Shown here piece after piece: positions 8,566 to 19,626 of a stretch of DNA of 64,000 nt. Below the pieces are notes generated by a model. That model saw only the letters and a list, made by a program, of their open reading frames with translations, searched no databases and was not told the DNA's origin. Position numbers and translations under genes: made by a program. The stretch lies in contig OZ252098.1 in NCBI GenBank assembly GCA_965248355.1, positions 608,001 through 672,000 of the forward strand, given 5' to 3'. This stretch comes from Candidatus Latescibacterota bacterium. Lineage in GTDB: Bacteria; Latescibacterota; UBA2968; UBA8231. Each line of letters begins with the position of its first letter. Position 1 is the stretch's first letter.

Positions 8566-9837
8566 ATGGCCGAAGAAGCACTCTTCATCGAGGGCGCCCG
8601 GCCCCTGGGGGGCGAGACTGCGATCCAGGGCTCCAAGAACGCGGCCCTGCCCATGATCGCCGCCTCCCTGCTGGCCTCCGAGGGACAGACCGTCCTGCAT
8701 CGGGTGCCGCCCGTCAAGGACGTGCTCGTGGCGCTGGAGATCCTGCGCCGGCTCGGCGCCCGCGTCGAATTCGATCCCGCCGTCGGCACCGCCGTCATCG
8801 ACACGACCACCGTCAACTCCACCGAGCTGCCGCCGGAGATGGGCGCGCGCATGCGGGCCTCGCTGCTCTTCGTGGGGCCCATGATCAGCCGCTTCCGCAC
8901 CGCCACGATCGACGAGGTGGGGGGCTGCACCATCGGGGAGCGCGGCACCGACTACCACTACCGCGGGTTCGCGCGCATGGGGGCCACCGTCGAGGGCACG
9001 CCCTCGGGCGGCTACGTGGTCCGCGCCGAGGACCTGCGCGGAGCCGACATGTACTGCGACGTGCCGAGCCACACCGGCACCGAGAACCTGGTCATGGCCG
9101 CCAGCCTCAGCGAGGGCGAGTCGGTCATCGTCAACGCCGCCTCCGACCCCGAGATCGTCGACTTCGGGGAGCTCCTGGCCAAGATGGGGGCCCGCGTCGA
9201 CGGCCTGGGCACGCGCAGGGTGCGCATCACCGGCGTCGACCGCCTCCGGGGCGCCGAGCACACGGTCATGCACGACCGCCTCGACGCCGGCCTGATGCTC
9301 ATGGCGGCGGCCATCACGCGCGGCGAGGCCACCCTCACGGGGGTCCGTTTCGACCACCTGGAGATCTTCGAGGCCAAGCTCAGGCAGATGGGCGTGGAGC
9401 TTCAGCCCCGGGACGGCGGGCGGGTGACGGTGCGCGGCCCCGAGCGGCTGTCGCCGATCAACGTGGTGGCCACCTTCTACCCCGGCATGCCCACCGATCT
9501 GCAGCCCGGGCTCACCGCCCTGGCCTGCACGGCCCACGGCGACAGCTTCATCCGCGAGACCGTCTTCGAGAACCGCATGGGCCACCTGAAGAACCTGCGT
9601 CAGTTCGGGGCCCGGGTCTCGCCGGAGAAGGACCAGCTCATGATCGTCCACGGCCCGGCCCGGCTGAAGGCGACCCGGGTGAGGGCCAGCGACATCCGCG
9701 CCGGCGCCGCCTGCGTGCTGGCCGGACTGGCGGCCGAGGGGCGCACGGAGATCACCAATCTCTACCAGCTCGACCGGGGCCACACCCGCCTCGAGGAGCG
9801 CCTGGTCCAGCTCGGGGCCCGGCTCGAGCGCCTGTGA
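8566..9837 (+). CDS. murA: UDP-N-acetylglucosamine 1-carboxyvinyltransferase
   Basis: GSKNAALP, MRAS, GGCTIGER (catalytic Cys loop), PGMPTDLQ, ETVFENR, DIRAGA. Confidence 0.9.
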   Translation: MAEEALFIEGARPLGGETAIQGSKNAALPMIAASLLASEGQTVLHRVPPVKDVLVALEILRRLGARVEFDPAVGTAVIDTTTVNSTELPPEMGARMRASLLFVGPMISRFRTATIDEVGGCTIGERGTDYHYRGFARMGATVEGTPSGGYVVRAEDLRGADMYCDVPSHTGTENLVMAASLSEGESVIVNAASDPEIVDFGELLAKMGARVDGLGTRRVRITGVDRLRGAEHTVMHDRLDAGLMLMAAAITRGEATLTGVRFDHLEIFEAKLRQMGVELQPRDGGRVTVRGPERLSPINVVATFYPGMPTDLQPGLTALACTAHGDSFIRETVFENRMGHLKNLRQFGARVSPEKDQLMIVHGPARLKATRVRASDIRAGAACVLAGLAAEGRTEITNLYQLDRGHTRLEERLVQLGARLERL

Positions 9838-10973
9838 TCGAGCTGAGGACCGACACCGTGTACCTGGCGCGGGTCCCCGTTCAGGGGGACACGGCGCCCT
9901 GGGAGAGCTACCGCGAGCTGGCTCTCGCCGCCCTGGACGGCCTCGATCTCGACCTGCCCGAGGACGGCACGGTCTGCATCAAGCCCAACGCCACCGTCCT
10001 CTATCCCGCCGACAAGCGGATCATCACCCATCCCGGGTTCCTGGCCGGGCTCGTCGAGTCCTTCGCCGCCCGCGGCGTGGCGCCGTCGCGCATCGAGGTC
10101 GGCGACGGCCAGTCGGGAGAGAACCCGGGCGGCGGCCACACCTGGAAGCTCACCGGATACGCCGACTCAGTGGCCGGCGCCGGGGCGCGGCTGGTGCCCT
10201 TCAACGACACCCCGGCGCGCGAGGTGGAGGTCCCGGGCGGTGTCGTCTTCCAGAGCTATCCCGTGTACACCGCGGTCACCGACTGCGCCTTCCTGGTCAA
10301 CGCCCCCCTGGCCAAGTGCCACAACCTCGGCTGCACCACCCTGGCCATAAAGAACCTCATGGGCGTCCTCGGCCGGCCGCAGAGGCACCTGTGCACGGTG
10401 CAGCCCTGCGACGAGCCCCTCGGCGAGGAGGCCCTCTACCGCCTCGGCGATTCCGGGCTGAGCGTCTTCGAGGAGCGCTTCTACCACAAGCTGTGCGACA
10501 TCGTGGCGGCCGTGCGCGCCCTCGGCATGCCTCGGCTTTGCGTGGTGGACGGGCTCATCGGACGCGACGGCACGGCCTTCAACGAAGGCGAGAACTATCC
10601 CCTCGGTTGGTCCCTGGCCGGCGTCGACGAGGTCCGCGTCGATGCCGTGGCCACCTGGCTCATGGGCCTGGATCCCGTGCGCACGCCCTACCTGCAGTTC
10701 GCCGAGGCCCGCGGCCTTGGCTGCATCCGCCCCGACCAGACCGACGTCGTCGACCTGTCCAGGGGAGACCGCATGTCCGCCGCGCAACTGGCGGCGGTTC
10801 GCCGCCCCGAGCCGCTGATGCCCGTCAGCCGCTGCCAGGGCGGCTACTACGCCCGCTTCCGCGAAGACGGCTCCGCCGTGCCGTGGCGCATCGACGACGT
10901 CAACGCGCAGCGCCGGCGCGACGGCCTCGAGCCGGTTCCCGTCCACGTCCTCGAGAGCCTGGCCGCCGGCTAG
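9834..10973 (+). CDS. DUF362 domain protein
   Basis: VCIKPN, ITHPGF, AKCHNLGCTTLAIKNLMG, VVDGLIG; GTGA overlap with the murA stop. Confidence 0.8.
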   Translation: MIELRTDTVYLARVPVQGDTAPWESYRELALAALDGLDLDLPEDGTVCIKPNATVLYPADKRIITHPGFLAGLVESFAARGVAPSRIEVGDGQSGENPGGGHTWKLTGYADSVAGAGARLVPFNDTPAREVEVPGGVVFQSYPVYTAVTDCAFLVNAPLAKCHNLGCTTLAIKNLMGVLGRPQRHLCTVQPCDEPLGEEALYRLGDSGLSVFEERFYHKLCDIVAAVRALGMPRLCVVDGLIGRDGTAFNEGENYPLGWSLAGVDEVRVDAVATWLMGLDPVRTPYLQFAEARGLGCIRPDQTDVVDLSRGDRMSAAQLAAVRRPEPLMPVSRCQGGYYARFREDGSAVPWRIDDVNAQRRRDGLEPVPVHVLESLAAG

Positions 10974-10986
10974 CCGGGACGCCCCC

Positions 10987-11328
10987 TTGTCCGACGCCAC
11001 CCTGGCCGGGCTCCAGCGGCAGGTGGACGAGTGGATCCGGACCGTCGGCGTGCGCTACTACGGCGAGCTGACGAACACCGCCATCCTCGCCGAGGAGGTG
11101 GGCGAGGTGGCCCGCCTCATGGCCCGCCTCTACGGCGAGCAGAGCTTCAAGCCGGGCGAGGAGCAGGGCCGCCAGGCCCTGGCCGCGGAGATGGCCGACG
11201 TCCTCTTCGTGCTGATCTGCCTGGCCAACCAGACCGGCGTCGACCTGGATGAGGCCTTCGCCCGGAGGCTTGAGGCCAGGACGAGCCGCGACCGCGAGCG
11301 GCACTCCTCGAATCCCAAGCTGCGCTGA
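10987..11328 (+). CDS. MazG-like nucleotide pyrophosphohydrolase (YpjD-like)
   Basis: LAEEVGEVAR, YGEQSFK, EMADVLFVLICLANQTGVDL. Confidence 0.9.
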   Translation: MSDATLAGLQRQVDEWIRTVGVRYYGELTNTAILAEEVGEVARLMARLYGEQSFKPGEEQGRQALAAEMADVLFVLICLANQTGVDLDEAFARRLEARTSRDRERHSSNPKLR

Positions 11329-11851
11329 GCCCCGCGCCCAGGCGCGCCGGACTGCTCACTCCGCTTCCCGATACAAACATCAGCCTCCAACCGGCAGGTC
11401 CGCCGGCTGGATCGCGGGGTCAGGTAGCCCAGGATGAGCACCGAGGGCAGGCTTCGGACCAGAAGGGCGGTCTTGGCGGAGGGACAAAGCGCTGGCTTAC
11501 AGCAGCGGCGTTGAATGCCGCAATCGCGTTTGCTCCCGAGAAATGCGTATCGGGCACGGGGTCAATGGGGTTACGATCATACGGGCCAAGGGACGGGTTC
11601 GTAGCCGTTGTCGCTTGAGGGCAACTCCGGCAGTGTGCCGACGTCGACGGCGCCCCCTGCGGGCGGGGACAGGGGATTTATCGTGGGCGGGGGTCAACGC
11701 GAACGCCGTGGGATCGGTGAACGACACGGTCCGCACACTCCTGCTTGCGGTTCCCTCCCGCCGTGCCCTTCGCAGCGCCGGTCTCTCTCATCGCCGGAAT
11801 CACGGATCGACCTGGGCGCCGAAGACCCAGGGGCGGGCCTGCTTTGAGGAG

Positions 11852-13277
11852 GGGGCAAGTCCCATTTTCAGTTGAAACGTAGCCCAGGCTCGAGTGGATG
11901 AGTCAGCCCGTCATCGCGAGCTGCTGGATGCCGAGCTCGGCTTGGAGCGCTTGCCGGAGCATCGGCAGGTGGTGGTAGCCGTTGATCCGGCGCAGGCGAG
12001 GTTCGATGTCAAGCAACGCCGTGGCGACCCAGCGGTGACGCTGCGACGAGTTGGTCCAGCGCCGCACGTTGTGCGTCAACTGCTCCAGGAGACTGTTGAC
12101 GTTCTCGATACAGTTGGTGGTACGGAAGGAGGCCTTCAGCATCGGCATCAGGCCCAGGCGGTGGAGCGTGAGGGTTTCTTGCTGGCCTTCCTCCAAGCTG
12201 CGCAGGGCCGACTGGTTCATCAACTGCAACCCCGGTTTCAGCGCCTCCAGGGCGGCTTGGGCCTCCTCGTACGTCGAGTGCCCATACGCCGCTTCCAGCT
12301 TTCGACGAAGGCCGGCCTGCTCGCTCTTGGGCAGGTACGAGACCACGTTCTGGCGCTTGTGATACTGGCATCGCTGCACGCAGGCATGGCCCTGGAGCAC
12401 CGACCGCACCGCCTTGTACAGGCCCTTGCCTCCATCGATCACCACGAGCAGCCCGGCTTCGTATTGCAGGCCCCGCTCGACCAGCTCCGCCAGGAAGCGG
12501 CGACAGACGCGCTCGTTCTCGGTGGCCGCCTGCACGAAGCCCAAGGGCACCTTCTGGCCCTCCAGAGTCACACCCAGGGCGATGAGGATCTCCTCGTCGG
12601 CGAAGCTCTTGCCGTCCAGAAACAGCGCCACCAGGTCGTAGCCTTCCAAGGATCGCTGCTGGAATTCGGCCAGCTTGCGCGCCGTGCCTTTCACGTACCG
12701 GCGAGAGACCGAGGAACGGGACAGACCGAAGGCTTGCGGGACGGTCTCGGCGCAGGCCTCGTAGTTGCGCGTGGCCAAGCCCTTCAGCACCCGCAACAAC
12801 AGCCCCTGGTCCATCTGCCTCGGCGTCTGCAGGGCCTGATAGGCCTCCAGCGGGACCTCGGTGCCGCGGACCACATCGCGCACGCGCGGCACCTCGACCG
12901 GCAGTTTCTGATCGCCCAGGTACACCGACCCGGCCTGCGCCCCCCAGCGGCGCAACGCCTGATCCGGACCCTTGCGCTGATACCGAGGTCCGGCCAAGGC
13001 CTCGACCGACTGCTGCAGCTCCTCCGAGACCGCCTGCAGACCCAAAGGGATCAGCAGCTGGATGACCTCGATGCGAGTCTCCAGATCGTCCATCGACGCG
13101 GTGGCTTGGCGGTTCACGGGGCCGATGGCCACGGTCCGTTTGACGCCCTTCTTCCGTGCTTGTAGCTTGCTCATGGCAGGCTCCTTGGGTTACCGATACG
13201 AGGCTTCTTGGGGATTTCTCGTATCAAACGTAACGATGGGAGCCTGTGCTATTTCAACTAAGATCGGGACAATGCCC
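11852..13277 (-). mobile_element. IS256-family insertion sequence
   Basis: Imperfect terminal inverted repeats GGGGCAAGTCCCATTTTCAGTTGAAACGTAGCCCAGGCTC (left) and GGGCATTGTCCCGATCTTAGTTGAAATAGCACAGGCTC (right, reverse complement) flanking the transposase. Confidence 0.85.
11903..13174 (-). CDS. IS256-family (Mutator-type) DDE transposase
   Basis: LFLDGK, VVIDGGKGL, QRCQYHK, TTNCIEN. Confidence 0.92.
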   Translation of the reverse strand: MSKLQARKKGVKRTVAIGPVNRQATASMDDLETRIEVIQLLIPLGLQAVSEELQQSVEALAGPRYQRKGPDQALRRWGAQAGSVYLGDQKLPVEVPRVRDVVRGTEVPLEAYQALQTPRQMDQGLLLRVLKGLATRNYEACAETVPQAFGLSRSSVSRRYVKGTARKLAEFQQRSLEGYDLVALFLDGKSFADEEILIALGVTLEGQKVPLGFVQAATENERVCRRFLAELVERGLQYEAGLLVVIDGGKGLYKAVRSVLQGHACVQRCQYHKRQNVVSYLPKSEQAGLRRKLEAAYGHSTYEEAQAALEALKPGLQLMNQSALRSLEEGQQETLTLHRLGLMPMLKASFRTTNCIENVNSLLEQLTHNVRRWTNSSQRHRWVATALLDIEPRLRRINGYHHLPMLRQALQAELGIQQLAMTG

Positions 13278-13489
13278 TAAGAAAAATGGACCGGGGAAAG
13301 TCAGCAAAATCAGAGGCGATTTCATCTGCGGTGTACTCAGCGTTGATATAACCCCTAACTCGTATCAAGGCGTCGTGCAGGTTCTCAAAGATGCACCGGT
13401 TGGCTTTCACTAGCGCTTGGAGGGTCGCGGTTGTCGCGGCGATTGAGTATAGGGTACACGTCCGTGACATTTGGGTGACTCATAATCGC

Positions 13490-13885
13490 TCCGCATGGCG
13501 CTGACCAGAGTGGTCACCGAGCCGACGTCGGGGACCTGGATGACGATCTGCCCGGCGCGGACGGTCTCGCCCGTACTCAGCGCCTGCGCCAGGGGGAACT
13601 CGTCCAGGCCCATCTGGCGCCCGTCGCCGCGCCGGAGGGTCAGGATCTCCAACAGCTGCTCGCCGCCGCCTTCCGGCGTCGGCAGGCCGCCGCAGAGTGG
13701 CCCAGGCCCTGGCCCCGGTGACGGATCGGGGCCGTCAGCAGGGAACTCAGCGCCGCAGGGGGCCGAAGCTCCGGAAGGCCCATCGACCGGGCGTGGCCGG
13801 CGAAGTCTCGGACTCGGAGCGGTCCCGGCAGGTTGCCGAGGTACTCCTCTGGAACTGCGTTCACGGCGGCTGGATGCACCAAGGG
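13490..13885 (-). pseudogene. Remnant of a GAF/PAS sensor protein (sensor kinase type)
   Basis: GAF-like LLTAPIRHRGQGLG and PAS-like RRGDGRQMGLDEFPLAQALSTGETVRAGQIVIQVPDVGSVTTLV in different frames; no kinase domain follows. Confidence 0.55.
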
Positions 13886-13951
13886 CCGCGGCCGTTCCGG
13901 GCGGCGGCCGCCTCGCCCGCGCCGGGATCTCTGGCCCTTCCCTTATAGGAA

Positions 13952-13967
13952 TGCAAAACCTGTGCCG
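13952..13967 (-). promoter_or_regulatory. sigma54 (-24/-12) promoter
   Basis: Minus strand CGGCAC-AGGTT-TTGCA, exact GG-N10-GC spacing. Confidence 0.6.
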
Positions 13968-14488
13968 CTTCGTGAAGCAGAGGGGGTAGAAACTCGTCAA
14001 CTCATTGTAGATAAACGAGTTGGATCATACGCGAGGACCATGGAATTCGTCGGCTTGAATCTCTCGGCGTGTCGCAGAATGCTACACATGGCAAGCCGCC
14101 GGAGAGGCCGCGTTGCCCCTGGGAACTGACTGTAAATGGCGCTGCAAAAAGGACTTATGAAAGAGCCCGAGGGGCCCGGACCGGGGTCGTGTGTCAATTT
14201 GAACCTCGGGGGCGCATTTTGCTACACAGCCTGGCAGGCGCCTCGGTTTCGGTGAGCCCCTTTCGGGGGCCCAGCCCGGAGAACGGGTCGGCGATCGAGA
14301 GCTGTGAAGTGGACGAGCGGGAGGGGATCACCCGGGCTGGACCCAGGTCGGCACCAGGACCAGCCGCCGGAGGATCCGGGTCCGTCCCAGCCGTGCCTTC
14401 GGCTTGCGGGTTCGGGCGAGGAACGGGTCGGCTCTGGCCCCGCGGTGGAAGTCACCTCCGCGCCGCCGGCCGGGATGCTGCGACCCTG

Positions 14489-15915
<1,427 letters not shown>

Positions 15916-15919
<4 letters not shown>

Positions 15920-17277
15920 ACCATCTCTCCGAAGGCCTCGGTCTCGCGGGCCCGGGTGAGGGCCACGTCGACGAAGGAGTTCGCCCGCACCATGGCGCCC
16001 GTCTCGAAGCGGACGCGGATGTAGTTGTCGGTCAGCCCCGCCGCCAGACCGTCGCGGCCCTCCTCCTCCACCAGCACCCGCACCCGGCGGCCGAGGTGAC
16101 GGCGGTGGAAGGCGAGGCGCTTGCCCTCGCCGAGGGCGATGAGCTCGCGCACCCGGCGGCGCTTCACCTGCCCGCCGTGGTGCCCCTCGAGGCGCTGGGC
16201 CGGGGTGCCCTCGCGCTCGGAGTAGGGGAAGACGTGCAGGTAGGTGACCGGCAGCCGCTCCAGGAGGCTACGCGTCGAAGCGAAGTGCTCCTCGCCCTCG
16301 CCGGGGAAGCCGGCCATGACGTCGGCGCCGATGGCGCAGCCGGGGAGGCGGTGGGCGATGCGGGTGATGCGTTCGGCGTAGTGCGCCGCCGAGTAGCGCC
16401 GCCCCATGCGCCGCAGGACGCGGTCGTCGCCGCTCTGCAGGGGCACGTGGAAGTGGCGGCAGACGCTCTCGGTGTCGGCGGCGAAGTCGATGAGGCGGTC
16501 GCTCACGTAGGCCGGCTCGATCGAGTTCAGGCGGATGCGCTCGAGTCCCTCGACGGCGGCCAGCTGCCGCACCAGGTCGGCGAAGGTGTCGGCCCCGTCC
16601 AGGTCGCTGCCGTAGGCGCCGGTGTGCACGCCGGTGAGGGCCAGCTCGCGGTAGCCGGCCTCCACCATGTTGCGGGCCTGGGCCAGGACCTCGGCCGGCG
16701 GGCGGCTGACGCCGGGGCCGCGGACGGTGGGGATGATGCAGAAGGTGCAGTGCTCGTTGCAGCCGTCCTGGACCTGCAGGGTGCCGCGGGTGCGGCCCTC
16801 GGCCACGGCGCCGTCGATCTGCAGGAAGCGCCGGGTGGGGGGCCGCCGGCCGGAGGTGGGGCCCGGTGCGGGGGCCGCCGGGGGGTCCTGGCGGAGGCCG
16901 GCGGCGCCCGACCCGAGATGGGCGCGCACCCGGTCGACGAGACCGGCCTTGTCGGTATTGGGGACCACCAGGCCGGCCCCGGCCCCACTCAACTCCTCGG
17001 GCCGGCGCTGGGCGTAACAGCCGGTGGCCACCACCAGGGCCTCGGGATTGCACCGGCGGGCCCGGCGCACGGCGCGGCGCGAATCGGCGTCGCCGGAGCC
17101 GGTGACCGTGCAGGTGTTGACCACGTACACGTCGGCTTCCTCGGCGAAGGGCACCACTTGCCAGCCGCTGCGGTCGAACCCGGCCTTGAGGGCCTCGGCC
17201 TCGTACTGGTTCAGCTTGCAGCCGAGGTGGTGGACGGCGACGCGCGGAAGCGGGGCGCCCTGGCAGGCTTCGGACAC
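15916..17277 (-). CDS. mtaB: tRNA t6A37 methylthiotransferase
   Basis: LGCKLNQYE, NTCTVT, QDGCNEHCTFCIIP, LTGVHTG, HVFPYSER. Confidence 0.92.
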
Positions 17278-17448
17278 CGGCGGAAGACCTTGTGGGAGAA
17301 GGAGTAGCAAGGAACCGTGAGAACTCGCCGGAAAGTACGCCCAGGGGCCGGGAGGCGCAACGGGCCGCTTTGACGGGAAGGGGGGGCGCCGGTAGCCTAT
17401 TCGGGAATCCCACTCCCGGCCGCGAGGCCGCCTCCGAAGGCATCCGTC

Positions 17449-19626
17449 ATGTCAAGAACCACCCATCCCCTGCGGCGCTGGCTTCGCGCCGGCCTCGCGG
17501 TCTCGGTCCTCGCCGCCCTCGTGGCCCTGGACCTGCGCCTCAACCTCGCCCGCACCCTCTTCGTCGGACCCGCCGAGTCGCAGGCCGCCTCCGAGGAGCC
17601 GCTGCAGGTGCAGGGGCTGCCGATCCTGCGGCCCGGGACCCTGACCCTGGGGGAGGGGAGCCCCACCGTCGCCGTGGCCGCCTCCATCGACGAGGCCCTG
17701 CCCGAATCGGCGCCCATCGACCAGGCGCTGAGCTACGGGCAGGTCGACGCCATCGTCCGCCGGGCTCTCGACCTCGACCGCTCCGGGGCCTCGATTCGCG
17801 ATGTCATCGAAGCCGGCGACGGGGTGCTGATCAAGGTGAACTCGGTGACCAACCGCGGGCGCCTCGACCAGAAGCAGAGCGGCTCCGGCTATTACCACGG
17901 CGGCTTCGAGCACCCGGGGCAGATCACCGACCTGCGCGTGGTGAAGAGCCTGGTCAACTATCTGGTGGAGCACGTGGGCCCGCGGCGCATCCTCATCGCC
18001 GAGGGCGGGGCCGAGTCCCCGCGCCGCGGCGAGCGCGGGTTCCCGTCGGGCCTGGAGGACGACTCCTGGTCGGTGACCTACCCCGAGTTCGACGACCTCT
18101 CCTACACCGGGATCGTGGAGGAGTTCCGGGCCCTGGGCGTGGAGACCGTGGTCGACACGTCGGACCTCAACTACGCCTCGTACCGGCGCGAGCCGGTTCC
18201 CGGCGGCGCCCTCCAGCGTCTCGGGGTCACCCGCCTGACCTATCCCGGCGCCCAGTTCGGTTTCCACGTCGAGGGCTCCGGCTCCTTCCGCGACGCCGGC
18301 TACTACATGCCCGAGCCGGTCCTCGAAGCCGACAAGGTGATCTCGGTGCCGGCCATGAAGACGACGATCTACGGCACCACCCTGGCGGTGAAGAACTACG
18401 TGGGCACCCTGGCCTCGCGCGCCTACGGCGACGGCACCTCCAAGCGCGAGCACTACCAGAACAACCCGGAGCACGGCTACGTCGACCTCTTCGCCTACAA
18501 CCCGCCCGCCTACTCCGTGATCGAGGGGTTCTGGGGTACCGAGGGCCACGGTCCCCAGTGGGGCCTCAACGTCCAGCACAACGTCGTCGTCGCCGGCTCC
18601 GACCCGCTGGCCACGGAGGCGATCGCCAACGCCGTCATGGGCTTCGACGCCCTCGACCTGGAGGCCCTCTACCTGGCGGCGGCCAAGGGTTACGGCACCA
18701 TCGACCGGGAGCGGATCCAGATCGTGGGCCGCGCGCCCGAGAGCGTGCGGCGCGACTTCCTCAAGTCGGGCGGCGGCTCGGGCCGCGGGTTCTTCTACGG
18801 CCGCGGCATCCGCCGCTGGCTGGTGGCCGGGCCCTTCGAGGGCCGCCGCGTGGACGAGGTCCACCTGCCCGGCGAGCCGGCCCTGCGGCCCCTGGAGGGC
18901 GAGACCGCCGGCGCCAACCGCTGGGTCCGCGCCGAGCATCTGGGATACAGCGCCGAGATCCTCGACCTCGGCGGGATCACCGGGGAGGCGGACAACTCGA
19001 CGAGCTACGCCTTCACCCTCGTGCACTCGCCGCAGGACCAGGAGGGCTTCCTGTGGCTGGGATTCGAGGAGGTCCTGAGGGTCTGGCTCAACGGCGACGA
19101 GGTATACACGCGGACCTCGCCCACCTTCCTTGCGCTGGCGGGCGAGAAGGTCCCCATCCGGCTGCGGTCGGGCGAGAACCGCCTGCTCTTCAAGGCGGGC
19201 AGCCTTTCGGGGGAGACGAGGCTGGCGGCCCATGTAGTGGATGAAGACGGCGACCGCCTGCCCGGCATCCGCTTCGTCCTTCCCGGGGAGGTGGTCACCG
19301 CCGCGGCGGCCCCGGAGGACGGCCCTCTCCCGGGGAGCCACGCCCTGCTGGGCAACTACCCGAACCCCTTCAACGCCTCCACCCACCTGCGCTTCGCCCT
19401 GGCCGCCCCGGCCGATCTCCGCATCGCCGTGTACAACGTGGCCGGACAGCGCCTGCGGCAACTCGTGGAAGGACCGGCGCCGGCCGGCGTCCACGAGGTC
19501 GCCTGGGACGGCCGCGACGACAGCGGCGCCAGCGCCGCGAGCGGGGTCTACGTGGCGGTGATGGAGGCCCGCGCCGGCAGGGGATCCCCCTTCCGGCAGA
19601 GCCGGTCGATGGCGTTGCTGCGTTAG
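17449..19626 (+). CDS. Exported DUF362-domain protein with a beta-sandwich domain and a C-terminal T9SS-like/FlgD Ig domain
   Basis: N-terminal hydrophobic segment; VLIKVN, ITDLRVV, TLAVKNYVG; WLVAGPF...VWLNG; NYPNPFN...YNVAGQ...WDGRD...SGVY. Confidence 0.75.
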   Translation: MSRTTHPLRRWLRAGLAVSVLAALVALDLRLNLARTLFVGPAESQAASEEPLQVQGLPILRPGTLTLGEGSPTVAVAASIDEALPESAPIDQALSYGQVDAIVRRALDLDRSGASIRDVIEAGDGVLIKVNSVTNRGRLDQKQSGSGYYHGGFEHPGQITDLRVVKSLVNYLVEHVGPRRILIAEGGAESPRRGERGFPSGLEDDSWSVTYPEFDDLSYTGIVEEFRALGVETVVDTSDLNYASYRREPVPGGALQRLGVTRLTYPGAQFGFHVEGSGSFRDAGYYMPEPVLEADKVISVPAMKTTIYGTTLAVKNYVGTLASRAYGDGTSKREHYQNNPEHGYVDLFAYNPPAYSVIEGFWGTEGHGPQWGLNVQHNVVVAGSDPLATEAIANAVMGFDALDLEALYLAAAKGYGTIDRERIQIVGRAPESVRRDFLKSGGGSGRGFFYGRGIRRWLVAGPFEGRRVDEVHLPGEPALRPLEGETAGANRWVRAEHLGYSAEILDLGGITGEADNSTSYAFTLVHSPQDQEGFLWLGFEEVLRVWLNGDEVYTRTSPTFLALAGEKVPIRLRSGENRLLFKAGSLSGETRLAAHVVDEDGDRLPGIRFVLPGEVVTAAAAPEDGPLPGSHALLGNYPNPFNASTHLRFALAAPADLRIAVYNVAGQRLRQLVEGPAPAGVHEVAWDGRDDSGASAASGVYVAVMEARAGRGSPFRQSRSMALLR

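Noticed and set aside
11340..11850. Possible ncRNA or small gene left of the IS
   Set aside because: No recognisable family motif, convincing nested structure or correctly spaced promoter
14281..14432. 12-bp direct repeat GAACGGGTCGGC (14281 and 14421) as a CRISPR or iteron
   Set aside because: Only two short copies, 140 bp apart, and no cas or rep genes
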